Shown here: one piece after another, positions 44,732 through 55,479 of the stretch
How positions within the stretch are numbered: position 1 is the first letter of the stretch
Layout of the letters: each line of letters opens with the position of its first letter
Assembly (NCBI GenBank): GCA_020184695.1
Contig: JAANOX010000238.1
Coordinates: 496,001-560,000, forward strand
Direction of reading: 5' to 3'
DNA: 64,000 nucleotides
From: Histomonas meleagridis 2922-C6/04-290x
Lineage: Eukaryota > Protista > Parabasalia
The notes under the pieces: model-generated
Told to the model about the DNA's origin: nothing
Seen by the model: only the letters and a program-made list of their open reading frames with translations
Databases searched by the model: none
Translations under genes and position numbers: made by a program

Positions 44732-46111
44732 TTATTTATTTTTTTGATTATTAACATATTCAATGTACTCTTCGGCGGTTCCAAAAGGATTTTCGAGCTG
44801 CCAGTCAATCAGTTTCTCGATTAAAGGCTTTAATTCCTTCCCTGGTTTTATTCCATGTAAATTTGCTAATTCAACGCCATTCATTAGTGGCTTCATTTCC
44901 CAAACGTCTTCTAGACGTTGCTCCTTTATAAATGGGTCCACAACATTTATATAGAAATTATAAATATCATCATCAAATACAACCAAACTGGAAAACTTCC
45001 AAAGTTCTCCAATGTGTCGAATCCACCTACCAACATTGAGTCTTGTTAAATTCTTTTCAAGTTTTACAAGTTCATATGCACCTGTCAATATTGATTCAAC
45101 ATCATATGCAACTTTTACAGGCATTTTCAAATTGCGCGCGATAGCATATTCTATGGCATTTATCTTTTTGTGATTGCGCTCTGGGTCTGATACTTTAGGA
45201 TTAGAGAGAATAGGAGAGTAAATCGCTGATAGGGAAAGCACTAAAAAACGGTCATTTCCGGGGTGCCTTGACACAACGGTTTGGACTCTTTTCAGGGCTT
45301 CGTTTGGATCAAGTGACCACTCATCTAAACGGTCGAAAACAGGCGAAAAGAGACCTGATTCAACAAGATAAATAAGTGTATCAAGTGGTGCAATACCATC
45401 AAAGGCCTTGATTAACTCAGTTGCAATACGCTCCCTTGTAATTTTACGTTTGAAGTCACCATGTATTTTTTGTGCTGCTGGAATTATTGATTCATGAAGT
45501 TTGAACCCAAAACGAGAAGCAAAGCGAAAAGCACGAAGAACTCTTAAAGGATCATCTTTAAAACTTTCTATTGGGTCGAGTGGTGTATTTATGATTCCGT
45601 TTTTTAGATCTTCAATACCATTTGTAAAATCTTCAACTTTTTTTGTATTTATATTAAAAAATAAAGCATTCATTCTGAAGTCTCTTCTTTTCGCATCTTC
45701 CATTGGCGTTCCTTGTTTAATTGATGGTATTCGAGAATCTTGAGTGTAAGAATCTGATCTGAGCCCACAAAAATCAATCCAAAAATCCGGGAAAATACAT
45801 ACGCGAGCTGTTTCCAAATGTTTAGATTGATCAGGATTTGCTTCAATTACTACAATTTTAATATTATCGTTTTTAATTTTGTATTTGAGATTTTCTGCGA
45901 ATGCTAGTCCAGTGGTGTTTTCAACAGCAATATCTATATCATCAGACTCTTTACCAAGTAATTTATCTCTCACCCATCCACCTGCAGCTCTTGCAACAAC
46001 AGGTGGATTAAAATCATTACAACGTGAGTACACCATTTCAAATACTTCTTTTTCTGTTTGTGTTAAGAGATTGCCATTTTCAAGCAATTCTATATTTTTT
46101 TCGATTTCCAT
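44732..46111 (-). CDS. CCA1: CCA-adding tRNA nucleotidyltransferase (class II)
   Basis: AAGGWVRDKLLG...DDIDIA, DAKRRDFRMNALF, DDPLRVLRAFRFASR, ITRERI. First ATG at 46111. Confidence 0.93.
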   Translation of the reverse strand: MEIEKNIELLENGNLLTQTEKEVFEMVYSRCNDFNPPVVARAAGGWVRDKLLGKESDDIDIAVENTTGLAFAENLKYKIKNDNIKIVVIEANPDQSKHLETARVCIFPDFWIDFCGLRSDSYTQDSRIPSIKQGTPMEDAKRRDFRMNALFFNINTKKVEDFTNGIEDLKNGIINTPLDPIESFKDDPLRVLRAFRFASRFGFKLHESIIPAAQKIHGDFKRKITRERIATELIKAFDGIAPLDTLIYLVESGLFSPVFDRLDEWSLDPNEALKRVQTVVSRHPGNDRFLVLSLSAIYSPILSNPKVSDPERNHKKINAIEYAIARNLKMPVKVAYDVESILTGAYELVKLEKNLTRLNVGRWIRHIGELWKFSSLVVFDDDIYNFYINVVDPFIKEQRLEDVWEMKPLMNGVELANLHGIKPGKELKPLIEKLIDWQLENPFGTAEEYIEYVNNQKNK

Positions 46112-46184
46112 TTTAGCCAAACAAAGTCCCTCAAATCATCAAAAGTGACGTATTTTAAATTGCCAAAACTCCAAAAAATCCAAA

Positions 46185-47372
46185 ATGAGCAAAAAAATAC
46201 CAACAGTTCTTGTTATTGCCAACCCAGGAGAAAATTGGTACCAACTTTGTGCAGACTACACTGATGTTTTTACTGTTGAACAAGCATGTTGGGAAGATAT
46301 TTCATTAACTTCATATCCGAATAATGCAGTTGTCAATCTTGGGATTGCAAGATTCCCAAATTCCGAAAACCAAAAAAGAAGAAGAACTATCACTCCTGAT
46401 TTGATTTTAATTCGAATGTTTTGTAGATACATCGGTGTCCTTGGAACCAAACCTGATTATAGAAATGTTTTATATGGTTTCATGCATGCCAATATTCCTA
46501 TGATCAATGCTTTTTCGTCAATTGTATGTGATCTTGATCGTCCATTAATGATTGGCTGTCTCAAATCCATTGAAAAAAGGCTTGGTTCCGACAACTTCCC
46601 TGTCATCCCACAATATTATTATTCTGAGCCACGTGAAATGTTTATTACTCCATCCATTCCATATGTTCTCAAAGTCTCATATTCGCATGCAGGTTATGGC
46701 AAAACGCGTATTAACAACAGTAGTGAGCTTGATGACGTCAAAAGTATTCTTCATCTTCATCATGATTATGCAATGGCCGAACCGTTTATCACATCAGCAT
46801 ATGAAGTCCGAATTGTTTTTATTGCTCCAGACTATTATAGGGCGCATAAACGTACTGCAATGGAATGGAAAGTTAATTATGGAATGTCAAATGAACGCGA
46901 AGACATTGACATGACGCCGAAGTATAAAATGTGGATTGACGAAATACGTAAAGCATTTCCCGACATGGAAACGTTTTGCATCGATTCAATTGTAGCCGAA
47001 GATGGAAAAGAATATATTTTAGAAGTTAATGGCTCTGCGCATGGACTTGCGCCAGAACATAACGAAGAAGAACTTATCAAAATGCGCGAACTCGTAATGA
47101 GTAAGTTGAACGTGTTAAAGGAAGAAGAAGGAAAAGAACATAAAGCAACGCTTGAAAGTGACAAAGACCTCGAAATATTGAATTTAAAGAACAGAGAAAC
47201 ATATTTAGAGTCATTGCTACAAAGACTCAAACAAACGCCAGCTCAAGCGCCTGTTGAAAGGAAAGGAAACACTGATAACGATGGAACCTCTGGGATTGTA
47301 TTATATTTTATAGCTATAATACTTGTGGTAGTTGCCGTGGTTCAGTTCTTCTTATTAAGAAGACATAAATGA
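46185..47372 (+). CDS. Synapsin-family ATP-grasp protein with C-terminal coiled coil and tail anchor, 395 aa
   Basis: Colinear with the synapsin C domain: PDLILIR, DYRNVLYGF.HANIP.IN, FPVIPQYYY, KVSYSHAGYGK, AEPFI..YEVR, WKVNYG, YKMWID, DGKEYILEV. C-terminal GIVLYFIAIILVVVAVVQFFLL-RRHK. Confidence 0.85.
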   Translation: MSKKIPTVLVIANPGENWYQLCADYTDVFTVEQACWEDISLTSYPNNAVVNLGIARFPNSENQKRRRTITPDLILIRMFCRYIGVLGTKPDYRNVLYGFMHANIPMINAFSSIVCDLDRPLMIGCLKSIEKRLGSDNFPVIPQYYYSEPREMFITPSIPYVLKVSYSHAGYGKTRINNSSELDDVKSILHLHHDYAMAEPFITSAYEVRIVFIAPDYYRAHKRTAMEWKVNYGMSNEREDIDMTPKYKMWIDEIRKAFPDMETFCIDSIVAEDGKEYILEVNGSAHGLAPEHNEEELIKMRELVMSKLNVLKEEEGKEHKATLESDKDLEILNLKNRETYLESLLQRLKQTPAQAPVERKGNTDNDGTSGIVLYFIAIILVVVAVVQFFLLRRHK

Positions 47373-47618
47373 TAACTATTGATCCAAACCGAAATAAAAA
47401 GAGTTAATTAAAATTGTTTAGAAATACTTTAAATTTTAAACGTATGTTGAAAGGATTTACTGAATCGAAGTAATTCAGCTTTGCCCTCTCGTGGACCGTT
47501 ATAATCCTTTCAATTTTCATAGGCGATAAAAGATTGAGGCGTATTTTTGCCCGTACTGTCAATTAATTGACAGCGTATGTGAAAAAAACCGAAATGTTGG
47601 GCCTAAGTGAAACATTAA

Positions 47619-50600
47619 ATGTCTGAAGAAGAACTTGGGCAGGTGATTAAATCCTGTATCCAATGTGGTAATAATATTTCAAAACGTGCGTTATATCGGC
47701 TTTCTTCTGCAATTCGAAGTTATTCACAGAATGCTCCAAATATTTTGATATCATCAATAAAAACAAATATTTGTGATTTTGATTCACCAACTGTTCCAAC
47801 GAGAATTTTAGCTGCAATGTCTTATGAATTAAGTGGTATTGAAAGTAGTTACTTTCTTCCAATAATTCATTCGATAGTTAAAATGGCAATGTCTCAATCG
47901 TCCTCTGTTATAGCCCCAATCCATAATGCTATTTTTCTTCTACCAGCTGGTGCATTATCTAAAGAAAAAGCCCACGAAATAGCGATACATATTCTTGATC
48001 TTCTCCAACAATTCATTATCCAAAATGAGCCTTTCCAAGTTCTTGCCACCGCACTTTCACAATTCATGAAGAAATGGGCCGAAATTCTTCCAAATCCAGA
48101 AATCTTTTGTTCGTCCATTTTTTCAATTCTTACCAACATAGAATCATTTACATATTCAACATTATCGCTCTTATGCCAAGCATTAACATATTTACTTCTT
48201 GCACTTGTCGGCTTAGATACTTCTTTAAAAGAATTAATTGACGAAATAATCGATAAAAAACCAACAGTTTTAGACAAATGTACATTCATTTCCAATATTA
48301 GTTTTATTGAATTTGTTCAACAAACATTACCCACATCAGCCAAACTTCAACTGATTGCATCTGTAATTTTTTCATTACCTGATGTCAAAATCAGTGAAAT
48401 AGCAAATCGATTTACATTACTTTCAAGTACAATAAAACAACCACCAACAGATGACATTGGTCGTGCATGTTTTTATACTATGTTATCAGCAGTATTAAAA
48501 GCGACAGCAAAACAAATTACACCAAAAGCATTAAATATGTGTTGTAATGCATTGTTTTCATCACCAGAAGTAAATGATACAGCAAATCGTCGAGCAATGC
48601 GATATTGTATTGTAATGTTATTACAATGTGCATCACATATTCAAAACCCATCAAAGTTTTATGAGATGTTATTTTCAAGAATATTATCATTACCAAAGAC
48701 ATCATTTTTAAGACAAGATTCATTACCATTAATTATACCATGTATGCAAATATCGAACATAACAAAAACTTTTTTTCAAGAAATTATTGATATGATTGAA
48801 ACACATCAAAACTTAGCGCTTCGATGTTTATCTGAGTTATATGAAAAGTTTCAAATTCCACAAGAATATTCGAATTTATTATTTAGTAAATTAAAGTTAA
48901 TGTCACAACAAAACAGAACTATAGTATTAAATTCTATTGCGAAAACTAATAAAAGTGCAATAAAATTATTAATAGAACATTTAACATCATTTACAAATAT
49001 TGAAGAAGAAGAAAAGTTAACATTGTTATTATTACTTGCTTCAGTTGAAGCTAAAATGACTTTAAGTCCATTTGTTTCATCACAACTTTTACGTAACGCT
49101 ATACATTCATTTGATTTTCAAGTTCGACTTTCAGCTTTAAGACTTTTATGTGGTCAACATAACTTTGATAAAGAATTAATAAGTATATTACATGAAACAA
49201 TTCCAAGAGTTTTCTTATATTTCGATATACAATATCAAAAAGAACTTGAAAGATGTTTAGAATTAGTTATCCCACGTTTAAAACCTGAACAATGTACAAC
49301 TTTTTTAAATGATTTAATGGATCAAATATTACCAATTTTAAAATTATCTCAATGTGATAATAAGAAATCATATATATTAAATGTAATAAAAATTATTTGG
49401 AGACATAAACCAATACAATTATTTTCGAAAGAACTTTTACAACAATTAATATTAAAATTATTCGAAAGTAATTATATCCTTCGAGATTTAATATTTCGAT
49501 CATTAATATTAATAAATAAAATGATAAATAATAAAACACAACCAAATATATTCACATTAACATTTAATAAAGATAATGCATTTATAAAGGAATTAATCGA
49601 TAAATATAAAGGAAGTACACGTTTTAGAGAAACTGATAGTGCTGCACGATTAATAGCACTTGTACATTTAACTCGTAATGATCAATCATTTGAAGAAATA
49701 ATTAATAATATGTGGTTAGAATTTTGTAATGATCAAAATCAAATTGTTTCACATTTTCCTTTATCAGTAATATTACATATATTACAAAGCACTAATAAGA
49801 TCCCAATTAGTATATCATTTTTAACTAATAAAATGTTTCCAAAATTATGTAAATTAATTCGTGAATCATTAGATTATATCGGAGTGACAGTTAATATCGA
49901 ATCAATGCCAATTCATTCAATAAAAGGTGAAATTGTTGAATCACAAACACATACATTAGCTATTAAATATTGGTTAGTCGTACGACAATCATTAAATATA
50001 ATTTCATGTATAATAAATCGATGTTTTGAAGATATATCAAAAGAAGTAATTAAAGAAACAGGTGATACATTATTAAACTTTTTAGTTGAATCTTGTAATT
50101 ATTCATCTGTTTATTATGCACATTTAACTTTTCAAGCTTTATGTGCAAGATGTTTCACAAGAGAAAATTGTTCAAATTTCCCATATCAATGGACAATATC
50201 ATTACTTGAAGCATCTGGAAATTTTACTAAATTAGAGCATAGAATTTCTGGTGGATTTATTCAAGCTGCTATGGCTTTAATACATTCAGAACCTATGAAT
50301 TTATTTGGCTCTCAACGTTCTATATATCATTTAATGGTACAACATTGTTTTACTACTTTGGATAATCCATGTTCTGTTAATGATATAATTTCGGCATTGT
50401 TATTAACTGAATCTATAGCTACTGACTTAACGACACAAAGTAATTTCGAACCATACGCAGTTAAATTAATAATGTCAGTGTTATTTGTAAATTGTCAACC
50501 AATGTCATTCGAACTTAAAACGACTGCTAATCATTGTTTAACTACTTTGTTATTAAGACATTGGGGTCATAAAGAAGAGCCTAAAGAATATAAATGCATT

Positions 50601-51911
50601 TTAAACACTGACTTCTTTAAATCAGTTGAAGGCGCTTATGATTTCTTCCTTGAACATTTACTTGAACAAGATCAAGTTACATATATAATCTTACAAATAA
50701 TTCAAATAATGAAACCTTTCCCAAACATCGAATTATTCGAAAGAATTTCCGATTTATGTTCTTGTAAATCTTCAAGATTAAGAAGAGCTGCATCGAGAGC
50801 TTTATTAGTTGTAATCGATCCATTAAAAGCAGAAGAATTTGTATCAAAAAGAATTCATAAAATTATTAATATAAAAAATGATACGAATACTATAGATGGA
50901 ATATTATTACAAATTCAACAATTATCACGAAAATTTCCAAACGTTGTAAAGAATTTATATCCAGAAGTTTATGAAATGTGCTCAACATTAATTAAAAATC
51001 ATATAACAGATTATATACAAATTTATATATATGTATCGTTAGCTAGCGAATTTGATTGTTTGGATATAATGTATCCGATTTTAATAAAAATATTCCAAGA
51101 AAGAAATCGAATTAAACATTTGCCATTTGGTTATCAATTAATTCGAACATCTTTTTCAATATTAAATGAAGAACAAATTATAAATTTATTGGAATCAAAT
51201 GAATTAACTTTTAAATTACATTATTTACTTTCCAGAGCTAAAATGAAAATGATAAAATCGGATAAAATTAAATCGGTTTTATTGGACTTATTACTTAATG
51301 ATAAAAATAATCAAATTTTCGATATTTTATGTCCAATTATTACTAAAGAATTCCAACCAAATGAACTACAAAAAAGACGTTTCATAGCACTTCTATATGA
51401 AACTAAAGAAGATGCAAAGTTAACAAGTCTCTTGAATTTGATTCCAATCTTTTTGTCTGATGTTAAAATCGTTATGCATCGATTTTCAAAGTTTTCCACT
51501 TTTGATTACAAACCAATTCAAAACATTTTGTTCGGTTTATCAAAACTGACACTCGTATTTCATGAACAAATGTATTCAAAGGTTATTAATGATATTCCTT
51601 GGAAAATTACTTTAAGGATTTTAAGTGATGAAAACCCACAAATTAGAGAACCTTGTTGTAAGGCTTTGTCTTATCATTTTTGTTATAACGAAAATCAAAG
51701 AATTGAATTATGCGAATATGACTTGATAAATTTAATATATAAAAGAATAGCAAATTATCCAAACGTTATAAACTCGGTCTTAAATGATATGAAGAAAAAT
51801 AAGGAATGCGAAAAAGAACTGAAATATAAAAACGAAGTGTCGCCTTTCTTGTTCCCGCCATCGTTCCATATTAAATGCATTAAAAACGCAATTGACTCTT
51901 TAAAGAAATAG
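47619..51911 (+). CDS. THADA: THADA/Trm732-like HEAT-repeat protein, 1430 aa
   Basis: HEAT-like throughout. YWLVVRQSL...ETGDTLLNFLVES.NYSSV..A...F.ALC...PYQW...HRISGGF.QAAMALIHSEP parallels the THADA DUF2428 block (CWRSMKE...SRHRGAF...TRRSAG...ALLASEP). Confidence 0.75.
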   Translation: MSEEELGQVIKSCIQCGNNISKRALYRLSSAIRSYSQNAPNILISSIKTNICDFDSPTVPTRILAAMSYELSGIESSYFLPIIHSIVKMAMSQSSSVIAPIHNAIFLLPAGALSKEKAHEIAIHILDLLQQFIIQNEPFQVLATALSQFMKKWAEILPNPEIFCSSIFSILTNIESFTYSTLSLLCQALTYLLLALVGLDTSLKELIDEIIDKKPTVLDKCTFISNISFIEFVQQTLPTSAKLQLIASVIFSLPDVKISEIANRFTLLSSTIKQPPTDDIGRACFYTMLSAVLKATAKQITPKALNMCCNALFSSPEVNDTANRRAMRYCIVMLLQCASHIQNPSKFYEMLFSRILSLPKTSFLRQDSLPLIIPCMQISNITKTFFQEIIDMIETHQNLALRCLSELYEKFQIPQEYSNLLFSKLKLMSQQNRTIVLNSIAKTNKSAIKLLIEHLTSFTNIEEEEKLTLLLLLASVEAKMTLSPFVSSQLLRNAIHSFDFQVRLSALRLLCGQHNFDKELISILHETIPRVFLYFDIQYQKELERCLELVIPRLKPEQCTTFLNDLMDQILPILKLSQCDNKKSYILNVIKIIWRHKPIQLFSKELLQQLILKLFESNYILRDLIFRSLILINKMINNKTQPNIFTLTFNKDNAFIKELIDKYKGSTRFRETDSAARLIALVHLTRNDQSFEEIINNMWLEFCNDQNQIVSHFPLSVILHILQSTNKIPISISFLTNKMFPKLCKLIRESLDYIGVTVNIESMPIHSIKGEIVESQTHTLAIKYWLVVRQSLNIISCIINRCFEDISKEVIKETGDTLLNFLVESCNYSSVYYAHLTFQALCARCFTRENCSNFPYQWTISLLEASGNFTKLEHRISGGFIQAAMALIHSEPMNLFGSQRSIYHLMVQHCFTTLDNPCSVNDIISALLLTESIATDLTTQSNFEPYAVKLIMSVLFVNCQPMSFELKTTANHCLTTLLLRHWGHKEEPKEYKCILNTDFFKSVEGAYDFFLEHLLEQDQVTYIILQIIQIMKPFPNIELFERISDLCSCKSSRLRRAASRALLVVIDPLKAEEFVSKRIHKIINIKNDTNTIDGILLQIQQLSRKFPNVVKNLYPEVYEMCSTLIKNHITDYIQIYIYVSLASEFDCLDIMYPILIKIFQERNRIKHLPFGYQLIRTSFSILNEEQIINLLESNELTFKLHYLLSRAKMKMIKSDKIKSVLLDLLLNDKNNQIFDILCPIITKEFQPNELQKRRFIALLYETKEDAKLTSLLNLIPIFLSDVKIVMHRFSKFSTFDYKPIQNILFGLSKLTLVFHEQMYSKVINDIPWKITLRILSDENPQIREPCCKALSYHFCYNENQRIELCEYDLINLIYKRIANYPNVINSVLNDMKKNKECEKELKYKNEVSPFLFPPSFHIKCIKNAIDSLKK

Positions 51912-52269
51912 AAATTTTGTATTTTATCAATAAAATATAAAGTATACAGAATTAATTTTGCTTTTTTTTTTTTTTTAGTGTTGAAGCGTTTTTTGATATC
52001 AAAATATTAAATTTGAATCCAATTTCGAAATTCAAATTTTACATTGTTTGAATCATTTATGCGTAATCATGTGTCTCGTTCGCATTTTACTTAAAAAACC
52101 ATTTACAGATAACGTGTTATCAAAGAGATTAGGGACAAAGTCAGATTGTAAATAAGGTCTTCAAGAAATTTTGGTTGGATTACGAAAAAGTGCTGCACTC
52201 AAAACTGGAAAAATGCGGTTAAAAATGGGATCTTATAATATTATAGACAACAATTCTTAAGATTTTACC

Positions 52270-52863
52270 ATGATGGTAGAACCAAAAGTTAAACAAGCAA
52301 GGGTTGTTATGGTTGGAGATTCTGCTGTCGGAAAAACTTCAATATTAAATCAACTTGTAGATCATACTTTTAACCAATTTGAACAAAGTACAATTGGTTC
52401 AAATTACCAAATATTTGTCGAAGACATAGGTGATATAAAAGTAGAAATGCAAATTTGGGATACATCTGGTCAAGAAAAATTTAGATCTCTTGGTCCAATT
52501 TATTACAGAAATGCAATTGCATCAGTTGCAGTATACGACCAAACAATACCAACATCATATCAACACTTAGAAAGTTGGGTTCGCGAAGTAATTGAAGTTG
52601 CAGGTCCATCAACAATTATTGCTATTGCAGCAAATAAATGCGATCTTACAGGAAAAGAACAGATATCATTCGAGGAAGCAAAAAGTTGGGCAAAATCAAG
52701 AGGATTTATTATCGAACAAACATCTGCTTTAAATGGAACAGGAATTTACAAATTGTTTTCAAGGTTAGCAGCCTCAATTGTAAACGTAAATCAGGAGCAA
52801 GAACTTGGAAAAGACATTAATAGAAAAATTAATACTGGTCAACAAAAAAAATGCGAATGTTAA
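52270..52863 (+). CDS. Rab GTPase (Rab5/21/22-related), 197 aa
   Basis: GDSAVGKTS, STIG, WDTSGQE, LGPIYYR, NKCD, QTSAL and a C-terminal CEC prenylation motif. Confidence 0.95.
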   Translation: MMVEPKVKQARVVMVGDSAVGKTSILNQLVDHTFNQFEQSTIGSNYQIFVEDIGDIKVEMQIWDTSGQEKFRSLGPIYYRNAIASVAVYDQTIPTSYQHLESWVREVIEVAGPSTIIAIAANKCDLTGKEQISFEEAKSWAKSRGFIIEQTSALNGTGIYKLFSRLAASIVNVNQEQELGKDINRKINTGQQKKCEC

Positions 52864-52964
52864 TTAATGATTATTAATAAATTAGAAATATTTTACATGA
52901 AATAATGTGAATTTGTCATGTTTTTGATTGTTGTTTTCTTTGTAATTAGAAACAAACAAAATTA

Positions 52965-54426
52965 CCCTGGTATTCCTCCAATTGGTGGTATCGAAAAACG
53001 TTTAAACTATTCAAAAAAAATAGTAAACGGTATTATAAATAAGATGTCAAATTCATTGTTCAGAGGAAAACCCCACAATAATTATTCTAATTATACAAAA
53101 AGACAAAAGATATCGTTAATTTTGGATCAGATTTCAAGGGGAGTGCCCTCAATTTACAAAATCTCAGCTTCAACCGGAATTCCAGAATCAACATTAAGGA
53201 ACTGGATAAGGTGTTTGATTAAAAACCCTGAATGGAGGCCATGGCAAACATGCCATGGACAAGGGCACAGAATCTTTACCAATACAGAACAGAAAGCAAT
53301 CAAGGATTATATCATTGATTGTTTCCTGAAACCAGGGTATGTCTTTACCAACGATGATTTTATCGAAATTGTAATGAATGCTTATTTGACCAAGTATCAA
53401 GACGAAATTAACATCGATGAAAAAAAACAATTCATTACATCTCAACATTTTATCACTGACTTTAAGAAACGAAATCACATCTCATCAAGGTCCCTCCATG
53501 CGAAGCGAAGGCCAATAGTCTCACAAGATAGTATAAATACATTTGTCGAAAGAATCAGGCAACTTCTGTCAACTGTTGACCACGGAAGGATCATTAACTG
53601 TGACGAAACAAGTTGGAGAGCATTCCCAAATGGGATTCTTACATGGGCAGGAACTGGATCAGATTCGATCAATATCAATGTTATGTCATATGAAAAGGAA
53701 TCCTTGACTGTCATAGCGAGCATTATAGCCGATGGTACCAAAATTCCTCTTTATTATATAGCCAAAGGCAAAACGCAGGCTTGTGAAGCATCCCAAATTG
53801 GGGATGTCTCACCTCACATGTCAGCTCATTCGGAAAACGGTAGGACAACCGCTGAAACATTCTCTGGATATCTCATCTTCCTTCGTCAGCATTTCAACGA
53901 TGATGATGAAATTCATTTGATTTTGGATTCATACTAAGCTCATATTTGTGAAACAGTTCGAAATTTAGCAAATGAGCGCAAGATCAAATTATATTATATC
54001 CCTCCTGGGATGACTGATATGTTCCAGCCCTTGGATAAAAGGGCCTTTGGCTGCTTAAAGGCCACGGCAAAGTATCTATTTCGAAAACGTTACAACGAGG
54101 ATCGAAATGTAAAACTTACAAAATCAATTGCAGCACAACATTTGATCTGGGCTTGGGAACATCTCCAGAGCCATGTTATCCAGGATTCTTGGTCATTATG
54201 CTTTCCAGATCAGTAAACACCTAAATCTTTAAAATATTTAAAAAATTGATAAATAAATTCATCATATAAATATCATAATAGCTTCTTATCATTAAGCACA
54301 TGGACCCGACTTTACACAAAATCATGAAAACCAGTTTATATTTATCTTTTGAAGTTTTCTTCCTTTCCATTTGAAATGACATCTCCTTAACGGTCACCTA
54401 TACCACCAATTGGAGGAATACCAGGG
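52965..54426 (+). mobile_element. Full-length pogo-like DD35D transposon (family D), 1462 bp, with a single nonsense mutation
   Basis: Perfect 27-bp TIRs CCCTGGTATTCCTCCAATTGGTGGTAT, with TA on both sides (52963-52964, 54427-54428). Transposase frame 53044-54216: NCDET, ILDSY*AH (TAA 53935-53937), FQPLD, with 35 residues between the last two Asp. Confidence 0.95.
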
Positions 54427-54498
54427 TATATTTCGTTACGGATAATTTGTTTACAAATTGTTCATCATTACAATTCCTGATACAGTCACTTCAATATA

Positions 54499-55479
54499 TC
54501 AATCAGATGGAAGTGATTCAGTGAATGTATCACTTTGTGTCAGTGTGAATGTGCGTGTTGGCGGGAGACATTCGTCAAGTGTTGTTCCCTTAGTAATTTC
54601 CATATTTCCAAATGTTTCATTTTGATATGTTTCTATTGTCATAACTAATGTCGCATTGATATTAACAAATGCATCATTTGAAATTTCTGGTGAAATTTCT
54701 CCTTTAAAATGAATACATTGAAGTGATGTACAATTAAAAAATGCACATGAATTAATATATTGAACATTTTCATCAATAAAAATTCTTTCTAAATTATTAC
54801 AACTTGCAAAAGAATAATTCATAATAGAAATGACTGATTTAGGAATTGTAAATGTTTTACTTTTCATATTAAGATAACTAATAATTTGTGTAATTTCTTT
54901 ATTATATAAAACCCCATCATTTTCATAATTAGAATATCCAATATTTTCTTCTGAAACATTAATAAATTGAAGATTTGTACATTCTAAAAATGCATTCCCA
55001 ATCGAAGTAACAGAACTTGGTATATAAATATTCACAAGGTTTGTACATCCTCTGAATGCATCTGAGCCAATATTTCGTACGCCTTCATCTAATGTTATCG
55101 TTTCAAGTCCTGTACATTTATAAAATACATTATCACCAATGCTATTACAACGAATTGTAATATTATTTAATGAAATAAATTCTGCAAATGCACCACCTCC
55201 AATTGAATCTATTAATTTATCTGGAAATTGGACATATTTTAATTTTGTACATGATGCAAATGCTCTACTATTTATATTTCCAACTGTTTCTCCAATTATT
55301 ACTGTTGTTAATAAAGGCCATTCTCTGAATGCATCACTTTCAATCTCGCCAACATCAATAATTATAACATGTTCTGTATCATTCATATAATCTTTTGAAT
55401 AATCATTGAAATCAGATATTGTGAGTGTTTTTGTCTCTTCGTTATATGATTGTTTTGTATTAACAAAAAAAATAATCAT
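54499..55479 (-). CDS. BspA-like LRR protein truncated in the stalk (no TM); possibly a pseudogene
   Basis: Signal-like MIIFFVNTKQS, ~8 TpLRR units (IPSSVTSIGNAFLECTNL), PPTRTFT stalk start, then a stop 72 bp from the pogo TIR. Confidence 0.8.
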   Translation of the reverse strand: MIIFFVNTKQSYNEETKTLTISDFNDYSKDYMNDTEHVIIIDVGEIESDAFREWPLLTTVIIGETVGNINSRAFASCTKLKYVQFPDKLIDSIGGGAFAEFISLNNITIRCNSIGDNVFYKCTGLETITLDEGVRNIGSDAFRGCTNLVNIYIPSSVTSIGNAFLECTNLQFINVSEENIGYSNYENDGVLYNKEITQIISYLNMKSKTFTIPKSVISIMNYSFASCNNLERIFIDENVQYINSCAFFNCTSLQCIHFKGEISPEISNDAFVNINATLVMTIETYQNETFGNMEITKGTTLDECLPPTRTFTLTQSDTFTESLPSD

